Source: Malacoraja senta (Eukaryota). From it: DNA of 64,000 nt. Positions 48,834-61,865 of the stretch are shown here, piece by piece. A model generated the notes under the pieces. That model was not told the origin of the DNA. It ran no database searches and was given only the letters and a program-made list of their open reading frames with translations. The stretch is taken from assembly GCA_038087875.1 (NCBI GenBank), contig CM076001.1, positions 250,001 through 314,000 of the forward strand, in the 5' to 3' direction. The first letter of the stretch is position 1, and the number at the start of each line of letters is the position of its first letter. The translations under genes and the position numbers were made by a program.

Positions 48834-51208
48834 TGGAGCAATACATAGAAGTACCTACTAGAGAAGGGGAGGTGCTGGACCTCCTGTTAGGAAATGAGAT
48901 GGGTCAGGTGGCAGAGGTATGCGTTGGGGAACAGTTCGGGACCAGTGATCACAATACCATTAGTTTCAATATAATTATGGAGAGGGTCAGAACTGGACCT
49001 AGGGTTGAGATTTTTGATTGGAGAAAGGCTAACTTTGAGGAGATGCGAAAGGATTTAAAAGGAGTAAATTGGGACAGTTTGTTTTATGGGAAAGATGTGG
49101 AAGAGAAATGGAGGACATTTAAAGGTGACATTTTAAGAGTACAGAATCTTTATGTCCCTGTTCGGTTGAAAGGAAATAGTAAAAATTGGAAAGAGCCATG
49201 GTTTTCAAGGGAAATTGGACAGTTCGGAAAAAGAGAGAGATCTACAATAATTATAGGCAGCATGGAGTAAATTAGGTGCTTGAGGAGTATAAAAAATGTA
49301 AAAAGAGTCTTAAGAAAGAAATTAGAAAAGCTAAATGAAGATATGAGGTTGCTTTGGCAAGTAAGGTGAAAGTAATCCAAAGGGTTTCTACAGCTATATT
49401 AATAGCAAAAGGATAACGAGGGATAAAATTGGTCCATTAGAGAGTCAGAGTGGACAGCTATCTGCAGAGCCAAAAGAGATGGGGGAGATATTGAACAATT
49501 TCTTTTCTTCGGTATTCACCAAGGAGAAGGATATTGAATTATGTGAGGTAAGGGAAATAAGTAGAGTAGCTATGGAAACTATGAGATTCAAAGAAGAGGA
49601 AGTACTGACACTTTTGAGAAATATAAAAGTGGATAAGTCTCCAGGTCCGGACAGGATATTCCCTAGGACATTGAGGGAAGTTAGTGTAGAAATAGCAGGG
49701 GCTATGACAGAAATATTTCAAATGTCATTGGAAACGGCAATAGTGCCGGAGGATTGGCGTACTGCGCATGTTGTTCCATTGTTTAAAAAGGGGTCTAAGA
49801 GTAAACCTAGCAATTATAGACCTGTTAGTTTGACGTCAGTGGTGGGCAAATTAATGGAAAGGATACTTAGAGATAATATATATAAGCATCTGGATAAACA
49901 GGGGCTGATTAGGAACAGTCAACATGGATTTGTGCCTGGAAGGTCATGTTTGACGAATCTTCTTGAATTTTTTGAAGAGGTTACTCGGGAAATTGATGAG
50001 GGTAAAGCCGTGGATGTTGTATATATGGACTTCAGTAAGGCCTTTGACCAGGTTCCTCACGGAAGGTTGGTTAAGAAGGTTCAATGGTTGGGTATTAATG
50101 GTGGAGTAGCAAGATGGATTCAACAGTGGCTGAATGGGAGATGCCAGAGAGTAATGGTGGATGGTTGTTTGTCAGGTTGGAGGCCAGTGACTAGTGGGGT
50201 GCCACAGGGATCTGTGTTGGGTCCACTGTTGTTTGTCATGTACATCAATGATCTGGATGATGGTGTGGTAAATTGGATTAGTAAGTATGCAGATGATAGT
50301 AAGATAGGTGGGGCTGTGGATAATGAAGTAGATTTTCAAAGTCTACAGAGAGATTTATGCCGGTTGGAAGAGTGGGCTGAAAGATGGCAGATGGAGTTTA
50401 ATGCTGATAAGTGTGAGGTGCTACATCTTGGCAGGACAAATCAAAATAGGACGTACATGGTAAATGGTAGGGAATTGAAGAATGCAGATGAACAGAGGGA
50501 TCTTGGAATAACTGTGCACAGTTCCCTGAAAGTGGAATCTCATGTAGATAGGGTGGTAAAGAAAGCTTTTGGTGTGCTGGCTTTTATAAATCAGAGCATT
50601 GAGTATAGAAGTTGGGATATAATGTTTAAATTGTACAAGGCATTGGTGAGGCCAATTCTGGAGTATGGTGTACAATTTTCGTCGCCTAATTATAGGAAGG
50701 ATGTCAACAAAATAGAGAGAGTACAGAGGAGATTTACTAGAATGTTGCCTGGGTTTCAGCAACTAAGTTACAGAGAAAGGTTGTACAAGTTAGGGCTTTA
50801 TTCTTTGGAGCGCAGATGGTTAAGGGGGGACTTGATAGAGGTCTTTAAAATGATGAGAGGGATAGACAGAGTTGACGTGGATAAGCTTTTCCCACTGAGA
50901 GTAGGGAAGATTCAAACAAGGGGACATGACTTGAGAATTAAGGGACAGAAGTTTAGGGGTAACATGAGGGGGAACTTCTTTACTCGGAGAGTGGTGGCTG
51001 TGTGGAATGAGCTTCCAGTGAAGGTGGTGGAGGCAGGTTCGTTTTTATCATTTAAAAATAAATTGGATAGTTATATGGACGGGAAAGGAATGGAGGGTTA
51101 TGGTCTGAGCACAGGTATATGGGACTAGGGGAGAATACGTGTTCGGCACGGACTAGAAGGGTCGAGATGGCCTGTTTCTGTGCTGTAATTGTTATATGGT
51201 TATATGGT
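48834..51208 (+). mobile_element. Younger 5'-truncated CR1 nested in CR1, with open RT and C-terminal ORF at 49479-51128 (549 aa)
   Basis: YMDFSKAFD, GVPQGSVLGP and KYADD motifs, (ggttatat)n tail. Host sequence resumes across it (aagtatg|atgttgtggg). Confidence 0.9.
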
Positions 51209-53210
51209 TATGATGTTGTGGGAATTACAGAGACATGGTTGTAAGAGGACCAGGGCTGGGAACCGAATATTCAGGGGTATACATCCTATTGAAAAGACAG
51301 ACAGGTGGGCAGAGGGAATGGCGTGGCTCTGTTGGTAAGGAATGAAATTCAGTCCCTTGCAAGGGTGACATAGAATCAGAAGATGTAGAGTCATTGTGGA
51401 TAGACCTGAGAAATTGTACGGGTAAAAAGACCCTAAAGGGAGTTATCTACAGGCCCCCAAACAGTAGCCTGTATATAGGGTACAAGTTGCATGAGGAGTT
51501 AAAATTAGCATGTAACAAAGGTATTGCTACAGTGGTACTCAAGGCGGTGGCTCTAGAAATCGTGGACACATTGGTGATCATTTTCCAATGTTCTATAAAT
51601 TCAGGATCAGTTCCTGTGGATTGGAGGGTAGCTAATGTTATCCCACTATTCAAGAAAGGAGCAAGAGAGAAAACGAGGAATTATAGACCAGTTAGCCTGA
51701 CATCGGTGGTGGGGAAAATGCTGGAGTCGATTATCAAAGATGTAATAATGGCACATTTGGATCGCAGTAACAAGATCGGTCCAAGTCAGCATGGATTTAC
51801 GAAGGGGAAATCATGCTTGACAAATCTTCTGGGATTTTTTGAAGATGTACCAAGTAAAATGGACAAGGGAGAGCCAGTGGATGTATTGTACCTGAACTTT
51901 CAGAAAGCCTTTGATAAGGCCCCACACAGGAGATTAGTGGGCAAAATTAGAGCACATGGTATTGGGGGTAGGGTATTAACTTGGATAGATAATTGCTTGG
52001 CAGACAGGAAACAAAGAGTAGGGATTAACGGTAGACAAAAATGCTGGAGAAATTCAGCGGGTGAAGCAGCATCTGTGGAGCGAAGGAAATAGGCAACATT
52101 TCGGGCTGAAACCCTTGGGTTTCAGCCCGAAACGTTGCCTAATTCCTTCGCTCCATAGATGCTGCCTCACCCGCTGAGTATCTCCTGCATTTTTGTCTAC
52201 CTTCGATTTTCCAGCATCTGCAGTTCCTTCTGAAACACGTAGGGATTAATGGGTCACTTTCAGAATGGCAGGCAGTGACTAGTGGGGTGCCGCAAGACTC
52301 GGTGCTGGGACTGCAGCTATTTACAATATACATCAATAATTTAAATGAAGGAATTAAAAGTAACATTAGCAAATTTGCAGATGACACAAAGCTGGGTGGC
52401 AGTGTAAACTGTGAAGAGGATGCTATGAGGATGCAGCGTGACTTGGACAGGTTGGGTGAGTGGGCAGATGTATGGCAGATGCAGTATAATGTGGATAAAT
52501 GTAAGGTTATCCACTTTGGAGGCAAGAACAGGTAGGCAGATTATGATCTGAATGGTGTCAGGTTAGGAAAAGGGGGAGTACAACAAGACCTGGGTTTCCT
52601 AGTACACCAGTCACTGAAAGTAAACATGCCGGTACAGCAGGCAGTGAAGAAAGTGAATGGCATGTTGGCCTTCATAACGAGAGGAGTTAAGTATAAGAGC
52701 AAAGAGGTCCTTCTGCAGTTGTACAAGGCCCTGGTGAGACCACACCTGGAGTATTGGGTGCAGTTTTGTTCTCCTAATTTGAGGAAGGACATTCTTGCTA
52801 TCGAGGGAGTGCAGCGTAGGTTCACAAGGTTAATTTCTGGGATGGCGGGACTATCATATGATGAAAGGATGGAGCGACTGGTCTTGTATTCACTGGAATT
52901 TAGAAGGATGAGAGGGTATCTTATAGAAACATATAAAATTATTAAGAGATTGGACATGCTAGATGCAGGAAACATGTTGGGGGAGTCTAGAACGAGGGCC
53001 ACAGTTTAAGAATAAGGGGTAGGCCATTTAGAACGGAGATGAGGAAAAACATTTTCACCCAGAGAATTGTGAATTTGTGGAATTCTTTGCCTCAGAAGGC
53101 AGTGGAGGCCGATTCATTGGATGCATTCAAAAGATAGTTAGATAGAGCTCTTAGGGCTAGCAGAATCAAGGCGTATGGGGAGAAGGTAGGAACGGGGTAC
53201 TGATTGTGGA

Positions 53211-53705
53211 TTATAGACAATAGGTGCAGGAGTAGGCCATTTGGCCCTTCGAGCCAGCACCGCCATTCAATGTGATCATGGCTGATCATACCCGATCAGT
53301 ACCCCGTTCCTGCCTTCTCCCCATATCCCCCGACTCCGTTATTTTTAAGAGCCCATTCTAGCTCTCTCTTGAAAACATCCAGAGAACCTGCCTCCACTTC
53401 CCTCTGAGGCAGAGAATTCCACAGACTCACCACTCTCTGTGAGAAAAAGTGTTTCCTCGTCTCCGTTCTAAATGGCTTACTCCTTATTCTTAAACTGTGG
53501 CCCCAACATCGGGAACATGTCTCCTGCCTCTAGCGTGTCCAAACCCTTAACAATCTTATATATGTTTCAATGAGATGCCCTCTCATCCTTCTAAACTCCA
53601 GAGTGTACAAGCCCAGCTGCTCCATTCTCTCAGCATATGACAGTCCCGCCATCCCGGGAATTAACCTTATAAACCTACGCTGCACTGCCTCAATAGCAAG
53701 AATAT
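53211..53705 (-). mobile_element. CR1 3' fragment in reverse orientation inside the host CR1 3' UTR
   Basis: Reverse complement of about 52790-53205 plus the 3' UTR. Confidence 0.85.
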
Positions 53706-53779
53706 TATCTGGCTCGAAGGGCTGAATGGCTTACTCCTGCACCTATTTTCTATGCATCTATCAATTTCACTGCCTCTTC

Positions 53780-54838
53780 TCTCTTTAGCTGACACCGTTT
53801 TAATCTCTTTTTCTCGCCTTTTCACCAGCTCCACCCATCGCCCCACTTCGCCTGTATAGGCTGCTGCCGGACCTGACCGTCCCACCCCCACCTTTTCCGG
53901 CTTTCTTCCTCCTCCCCGGGTGCTGCGTGGGGCGCCGAGTTCCCCCAGCACTGTGTTTTTGTTGCTGTGTGTCCTGCGAGCAGCGTTCCCAGTATTCCCC
54001 TGGTGTTATTCGGTATCCTGCAGCTGCCGGCCGGTGCGGGAGCCAGCACAGCTTGCAACACTCAAGCGAAACCTTGTTCCCACAACAGAAGGAAACAACG
54101 CACAGCCCCTGTGGTTGCCGGGAGGGAATGTGTCAATACCCGCATTAAACCCTCCACAGTGTGCTCGCAGATGAATAAACACAGCCACAATTCACGTAAC
54201 ATAGGCACAGAATGCCGGAGTAACTCAGTGGGACAGGCAGCATCTCTGGGGTGAAGGAATGGGTGGCGTTTTTGGGTCGACACCCTTCTTCAGACTGATC
54301 TTTGCTACACAATTCACGTAAGGACAGGCGGAAGGGGGACATGTCTCCTCTCCTCTGTACAGATAGATGGCTATTCCCCGCCCTGCAGTGTTGCCGGCGG
54401 AATGGCATTGGCCAGCCGGCCAGCCTGCCTACCTGCCTACCGTCGTGTGGAATATTTACCTGTGGAGACGGTGAGCTGCACAGAAAGACTCCACTCTGGT
54501 CAGCCGCAGCCTGCGACCTCCCGTCCCCTTCTTCTCAGCCGCCTCAACCTCCATTTGTACAGCAGTGATCCGGAGTGGATAGGACGTGCCTCGCAGTCAC
54601 GCTGAGTAAAACTGGGCGACGCTGCAAAGCTTCATGTCCTTGTAACGTTAACCTGTTAAGTACCTAAACGTTTGCAGCAACTGCACGGGGTCTGATACAA
54701 GGGACTGTATTACGTGCCAGAAAATCAAGTAAAATAAATCTTTGGCATAACATTTGTGGAGCACACGTCGTTTCCAAAGACACGTTAGTGTATATAAAAA
54801 CAAACTACAGATATTGAAAACCTGAAATAACAACTGAA
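53780..54838 (-). promoter_or_regulatory. CpG-enriched region around PTS exon 1, probable promoter and 5' region
   Basis: Visibly raised GC and CpG content around the first coding exon. The TSS cannot be located from sequence. Confidence 0.55.
54460..54554 (-). CDS. PTS: PTS coding exon 1 (95 nt), MEVEAAEKKGTGGRRLRLTRVESFCAAHRLH(S)
   Basis: ATG at 54554-54552, exon ends AG|gtaaat. Matches the PTPS N-terminal SF.A.HRL motif containing the Zn-ligand His. Phase joins exon 2. Confidence 0.93.
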
Positions 54839-54853
54839 AACGCGTTTTTTTAA

Positions 54854-57818
54854 TTTTTTTTAAAATTTGTATTTTATTAGAAGTACATTACATTACAACC
54901 ACATACATTAGTACTTGTCATTTATATCTTATTACAATTAATGTACTCCATTTATTTTTTACACTAGAAAAAGAAAAGATTGAAAGAAAGAAGAAAGTGA
55001 AGGAAAAAGTGAAAGTGTAGGAAATGTGACAAGAAAAAAGGACGAAGACCCTATAAGAGCAAAATTAAAAACAAACGAAAAGGAGTTAAGAAATAGACCC
55101 TAGGAAAGAAAGAAAGAGAGAAAGAGGAAAAAGAGAGAAACAAATATTTTTATGAGCATTACGTAAATGGGACATACCAGCTCTTCAACTATCATCCCCC
55201 CTTACCTGACCTCAATTTTTTTTTTAAAGTACTTTTGCACCCTATGTTTGTAATAATTCTATAAATGCAGACCACGTCAGGTGGAAGTGATCTGGTTTAC
55301 CTGCTAGGAGGAGTCTTATCTCTTCTAGGTGTAATGTTTCAAACATATTTGAAATCCACATATTTATAGTTGGTATTGGAGCCTTCTTCCAAAATTTTAG
55401 AATTAGCTTTTTTCCAGTTATTAACCCATAGTCCATTAGTTTCTTTTGAAACACATTTAGATCTGGACCATCTTCCGTTAAACCGAAGATAATCCATTCT
55501 GCTTTGGGTATCAGTCTTGTTTTAAATAACTTTGTAAAGATTTCAAAAATTTAATTCCAAAATTTTTGAATTTTTGTACAAGAAACGAATGAGTGCGCTA
55601 TAGTAGCTTCTTGGGATTGACATTTATCACAAATAGATGATACATTTGAGAAAATGTTATGAATTTTAGTTTTCGAATAATATAATCTATGTAAAATTTT
55701 AAATTGTATTAAAGTGTGTCTTACATTAATCGAGCATTTATGCACATTTAATAAGTATTCATTCCAACTTTCTTTGAAATTTTAATAGCTAACTCTTGTT
55801 CCCAGTCTCTTCTGATACCCTCCGTAGATGGTATTTGTGCATTTAAGATAATATTATACAAATATGATATTAAGTTTGCTGATTCCGCTTTTATCTGCAT
55901 TGCCTCGTCCAGTACATCTGCTGGGTTATTATGATGATCTTTTGTATATTTTTTCAAATAGTCGCATATTTGAAAGTATTTAAAATATTGATTATTTCCG
56001 AGTTTATATTTTATTTGTAATTGTTGAAATGAAAGTAATTTTCCAGTTTCATACAAGTCACCAAGCGTTTTAATTCCTAATCTATCCCATTGTGTATAAG
56101 CTTTATCTATAATAGAAGGATTAAACGAAGGGTTATTGACTATAGGTAATAAAAGTGATAAATTTCTTAATTTTAAATTTGTTTTATTTGTTTCCAAATT
56201 CGGATTGTACTATGAATAATTGGGTTCTTATTATAATTTATGTTATTCAATTTCATTGGAGAGAGGAGGATCGCTCCAATGTTTCTAGAGGAGCAATCCT
56301 CTTTCTCCATTACAATCCAGTCTACTTGCTGGGCGGAGTTATCCATCAGTTGAATCATATTTTTAATATTTACTGACCAATAATAATACATAAAATTAGG
56401 TAGTGCTAAACCCCCTAATACTTTAGGTTTATTCAGATGAGTTTTTTGTATTCTATGTGATTTATAGTCCCATATAAAATTAGTGATATCTGAGTCGAGT
56501 TTTTAAAAAACTTCTTTGGTAAGTATATAGGAATTGATTGAAATAGGTATAAAATTTGTGGTAAAAAGATTTATTGCGTTTATTCGGCCTATTAAAGACA
56601 TCGGGAGCGTTTTCCAGAATTTAATTAGTGTGTTTAATTTATTAAGTAGGGGGTCAAAATTTGCCCTAAACATACCTTGATATGTTCTGGTAATTTCGAT
56701 TCCCAAATATTTAAATTTTTCTGTAGCTATTTTAAAAGGGAATTTTAAAAGATGTGTTGAATCTTTCGGTTTTATTGACATAATTTCACTTTTATTCCAA
56801 TTTATTCTATATCCAGAAAAAGATCCAAAATCTTCAATTAAATTTAATATATTTGGTATAGTGATTTGAGGTTTTGTAATGTACAGTAATATATCATCCG
56901 CGTATAAAGATATTTTATTATATGAATCTTTAGTATTATATCCATGGATATCAGGGTGTATTCTAATTTTTTCTGCTAGCGGTTCAATAATGAGAGCAAA
57001 CAGTTGTGGTGATAATGAGCATCCTTGTCTATTTCCCCTTGATAGTTGGAATTTCGAGGATAATATGTTATTAGTTAGTATTCTAGCTGTAGGTTTGTTA
57101 TATAGTAACTTGATCCATAGAATAAAATTCTCCCCCAGTTGAAATTTTTGTAATACTTTGTCCATATAATTCCATTCTACTTGATCAAATGCTTTTTCAG
57201 CATCCAGCGAAATAATTGATAATTCTTGATCTTCAGATTTGTGTGAGTGCATTATGTTGAGTAAACGTCTCATATTGTTAGATGAGTATCTCTTAGGGAT
57301 AAACCCCGTCTGATCTGGGTTTATTAATTTACTAATGTATTTACTTAATCTTCTAGCTAATGTTTTCGCTAATATTTTTTGATCTGTGTTTAACAATGCT
57401 ATAGCTCTATATGAACCAGGTTCTTCTAAGTCTTTATTTTTCTTAGGTATTAATGTAATCGTTGATTCCGCTAATGTATCAGGTAGTATTCGTTTTTTAA
57501 AAGCATATTGGTACATTTTTTGTAATCTTGGTATTATTTTATCGTAAAAGCTTTTATAAAATTCATTAGTAAATCCATCAGGGCCTGGTGTTTTTCCATT
57601 CTTTAGTGAGTTTATTGTATCTTCTAATTCCTTAATTGAGATTTGTGCACCCAGTTCCTCTTGTTCCTTCAGTTCTAACTTTGGAAGATTACAGGTATCC
57701 AAGAACTTTGTAATATTATTGGAATCAATTGTCGTTTTAGATGTATACAAATTCTCATAAAATTGCGCAAATCTATTATTAATATCCTTTGGTGCTGTTA
57801 ATAATTCCCCTTTATCTG
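54854..57818 (-). mobile_element. 5'-truncated L1 of the same family as 37851-44151, with frameshifted ORF2
   Basis: Near-identical peptides to the intact ORF2. 15-bp TSD aacgcgtttttttaa at 54839-54853 and 57819-57833. Confidence 0.95.
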
Positions 57819-57943
57819 AACGCGTTTTTTTAACGGCGTAAGTTTCATATTTCAATGGTCCTTTATAGTCACGTGTACCGAGATACAGTGACATTTGATT
57901 TACCATACAGTCATACCAAAAAAGCAGCAAGATACAAAACTAT

Positions 57944-58837
57944 AGGGACGTTTCACGAAAGGTCACCGGGTCAAAGGGCTTGACGCACGGGGCCTCTCGA
58001 TCCATCTGGAGGACATCCGTCACTTCCAGTATATGTTATTAATGCTAGAAACGCGTACTTTCCTACCCGTTAAAAACCGCTAAAATGGTGGATTTTTTCG
58101 CTGTAAAAAATTGTGGAAGTCGGGGTAAGTGTGAGAGACATGTACCCAACTTCAGAATTCCAAAAGTGAAGCGAAATGAAGGTAAAGAGAAGCGAGAGCT
58201 GAAGGGACAACAACAGCTAAAGTGCTTGGCGAACATTGGCCGTGCAGATATCGGAATTGAAAATATTGGGATTTATCGCGTTTGTTCGCTGCATTTCATC
58301 AACAGTAAGGCATTATTTGTTTTGTTTTCTATTTCTTTGGTATCTAAAAAGTCTCAGAAGTGGTAAATCTGGTTGTAAATTTTTCTTCAGAGGCGTTTTA
58401 TTTTTGTATGTAAAAGCCCACGAGAACCATGGGCGATTTAAAAATTTTACAGCCAGATTTATCCCTTCTGAAACTTTTTAGATGCAAAAGGAATCAAGAA
58501 AAAACACAAATAATGCCTTAGTTGATGAAATGCAGTGAGCAAACGGCCAATGTTCGACAAGCACTTTGGCTGTTGTCCCTTTCAGCTCTCGCTTCAATCT
58601 ACCGTCATTTCTCCTCACTTTTTGAATTCTGAAGTAGGCTAAATGTCTCCCACGCTTATCACGATTTCCATAATTATTTACAGCTCAAAAATGGACAATT
58701 TCGGCGGGTTTTAACGGGCCCGCTACGCTGGAAACAATGGTAAGTACTTACCTGCAGTTCATCGCGTGTAATCCACTTGGCGTAGCGTAGCAACAGTATG
58801 GGTCATGGGGTCGTGACCCGACTGCCGTGAAACCCCT
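57944..58837. mobile_element. ISL2EU-like (PIF/Harbinger-related) palindromic non-autonomous element with THAP-domain remnant
   Basis: AT|agggacgtttcacg ... cgtgaaacccct|AT. ORF 58085 reads MVDFFAVKNCG..FRIPK..LANIGRAD..RVCSLHF, a decayed THAP fold. Confidence 0.75.
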
Positions 58838-59469
58838 ATATAAACATTTAAACATAAACAGCGGCGTGTGAGAATCCCAGGGCACACAGCATTAGTGGAG
58901 ACCCACAGCCATCAGTTCAATGGGCCATATTCTCAGTTTATTCATACTTTTAAAATATTTTATGTTACTCATTCTCCACACAATATATATAATAATAATA
59001 ATAATAATAATAGACATTATTTAACATTGAGTCAACGTTTATCGAATTTACAATTTCACCCCAAACCTTCCAATTTATACAGTATCGTAACGTAATGTGG
59101 AGCATTCCAACATTTGCCTTGTATATACAATGTCAGGCCTATTGTAAGATCCATGATTTTTACTGTTATGATGGTTTGTTTCTACTGAGCTGAAATCAGC
59201 TGAAATCATTCTTTGGACAGTGAAGTACAAGTTGCAGAGAGAGCCAGACACGCAAAACAAGTGTTTTGCTGCTCTCTTATCCAAAACAAACATTGATATA
59301 TTTAGTAACATATTCAAAGATGCTGCCTGTCCTGCTGAGTTACTCCAGCATTTTATGTCTACCTTCGATTTAAACAGGCATCTGCAGTTCTTTCCTGCAC
59401 ATAGAGTATAATGCTGCAATGGCGACATACATAGCTGAGAATTTTTATTTGGGGACGGTCCCAAATCTT

Positions 59470-61547
59470 ATGTTTAAGATAATCAGTCGATAATTTCAGG
59501 GTACAATTCAAAGATAAGTGTGATTGAGGAAAATTAGGATTAAATTGATAAGGTTTAAAATGATAAATTGAAAAGATTTAGTCAAAATTAAAGAAAATTA
59601 GGTTTAGTGATAAGTTGATAAGGTTTAGAGAAATAAGATGATAAAGTTTACAGGTTTGGTAAAGTTCGTCATTTATTTTTACGTATAGTTCACCATTTTT
59701 AAATTTCATGTCATGATTCATAACAATTTAAAATTGTTTACGTTTGGAGTCTTGTTTTACGTTGTTTACTGCTTAAGAATCTTAAGCGTATGAGTGTTTC
59801 AGGTCGAGACCCTTCATGAACAAAGTGTGAACGTGTCTTTTGGTGTATCAATTTATTTTTGGATTGAATGATTTCCTGAAGGTGTATTTAAAATTGTTCA
59901 ATGTGTAAGAATCTTAAGTTTATGTATGTTCATCTGAAAGTAAGTGTTTAATATTCTAAGTATGAATGTGTCATTTGATGTGTCAAAGTCGTATGAGTTT
60001 GAATGATTTCCTTGAGGTGTGTATGACTGTTTTACTTTGAGAATTGTATTGTGTTAAGTGTGTGAATGTCTGAGAGGTTCAGCATATTGCATGAGGTGTG
60101 ACAACTTGAGAGTGACTTTTGATCAATGTAAAACAAAAGTATGAAGCAAGTTCAGAGATTGTCACTTGTTTGTGGGACAGTTCGGGGAGAATGTTGAACA
60201 AATCCTATCGTCCAGATAAAATCACTGCAGCCAAAGTTTAAAGTCAAAGAACATCCTACGTGGGTCCACGCGTCACACAGCAAAAAGGCCGTGCCACACC
60301 AGTAACGTAACCGCACAGAGAAAACCTTGCTCCGGGAATGTTGATTTTACAGACTCTTGCCATTGTATGGACACATCTCGCTCCGAACTAAACCATAATA
60401 CCTGCTGAAACAGGATGCATACCTATGCCAAGGCTACCAACTAAACTGCATGCTGGGTTTGTGCACATGTCGCCCCTCACAGTAAGGGTGGTACCAACTA
60501 TCCTTCGTCACCAACACCCCCATACTTCCCTTCTTCACAGTCACCAGTCTGGCGGACCAAATTCGCAAGGATGTGGCAAAATCACACCAAGAGACAACTA
60601 GCTCGTGGACCCCGTGGGGTTTTGTGACAGGGGTGGCTGGGAATCATCGTAACCAGCCTACTACACGGATTCATCATATATATTATCATGGTCTCGCCCT
60701 GTACTGTGTTGCTGCCCTGTTATGACGTCGCTGCCCTCAGGCAGCTACTACACTTGTCAGCACAGATTCAACAGTGAAGCTGGTGCAAGCACCCGACCAC
60801 GGAAGGTCTATTTAAGAGGAGTTTCTCAGGCTCCCCATAGTGGCTGAAGCAGTTTGGTTTGTTGTCCTATAAGGACAAAAACAGGGAGTGTGGAAGTCCC
60901 AAAACTGTTGAAGCTGCTTTATTTATTAAATACATTTAATAAAGTCACCAGCGCGCACCTTCCATGCCACTAAACCACTTCGAACACTGCTATGACCTCT
61001 GCTGCATCTCTTGGGTTATGCGGCAAGTTCCAATACCCATCGCTATCTCCACTACGCCCCGGCCTGATGTACTTACCATTTACACATCTTTCCTTCACCT
61101 TTGTGTTCCGTTACGTGCAAAATTCCAAAGATGCTAGCTAATATACTCATTGTCCTTACCTTAGCTCATCGCGGCACTCGGAAACCATTATTGAGCACAG
61201 GTACCTCCATTATCCATGTATCCTGTTGGGCCAGGTTGTGATCTAATGTCGGGATTATTAACATACTAATTTTGTATCCTGTTAAGGATGGAGCCAAAAA
61301 ATGTCTCGACCTTTGTGTAATGAAAAAGTAAAGTCTAGATTCTGTAATTTACATATCGATCTACCTCACCCTTGTACTTCCTTAATGATCTTTTTGGTGT
61401 ATAAATACTCTGCCGTACCAACTTGATTTTAGAGTTGTGATTGCAGCCTTTGACTGTGACACTCTCTCCCTGTGGAAGTAAAATAAACTCACTGCGGATG
61501 GTTAATCAAGTCGTCCACGCGTCTTATTGAATAGTTTGACTTTGACA
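59470..61547 (+). mobile_element. Collapsed endogenous retrovirus remnant: AT-rich leader, integrase tail, env fragments, PPT and 3' LTR (60889-61547)
   Basis: KVKEHPTWVHASHSKKA, CWVC motif, purine tract before TG, LTR with TATAAA and AATAAA and inverted ends. Left boundary uncertain. Confidence 0.78.
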
Positions 61548-61865
61548 GTCAGCAAGTCGGCACAGTGGAAGGGAGGAACAGTGGCTGTTACAAGGGAACA
61601 GGTTCAAGCATGCAATTTGGCATTCTATTCACAAATGCAACAACTAGCCTTTGTTATGATAAAATATGGTGAAAAGAGCAGATGAAAGATAGATTAATTT
61701 AAATCAAATAATAGAGAGGAATGAAGGATAAAGGTACTGTTTGATTGAAGTTGCTGGATATTGTGTGCATAGGCCATTGAAAATGGACGGCTAGTTTGAG
61801 AAAATGATTAATATAGCATACACAATTCTGGGCTTAATCAATCGCGGCACAGAGCATAAAAGTAA

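Larger units (their letters stand above)
48170..53760 (+). mobile_element. CR1 LINE with SGNH-esterase ORF1 remnant (48170-48620) and internally deleted ORF2 (51210-53210), host to nested insertions
   Basis: IVAHVGTKDVG..LKSRTSRVVIS and DGLHLN for ORF1. NYRPVSLTS, KFADDTK and LYKALVRPHLEY for ORF2. Confidence 0.85.

Noticed and set aside
56503..57930. 475-aa ORF as a novel chimeric RT gene
   Set aside because: The first ~37 aa are flanking DNA in frame by chance with a truncated L1. The ORF ends at a frameshift and nothing suggests domestication.
58860..59470. 5' LTR or primer-binding site for the ERV remnant
   Set aside because: I saw no similarity to 60889-61547 and no convincing tRNA-complementary PBS.
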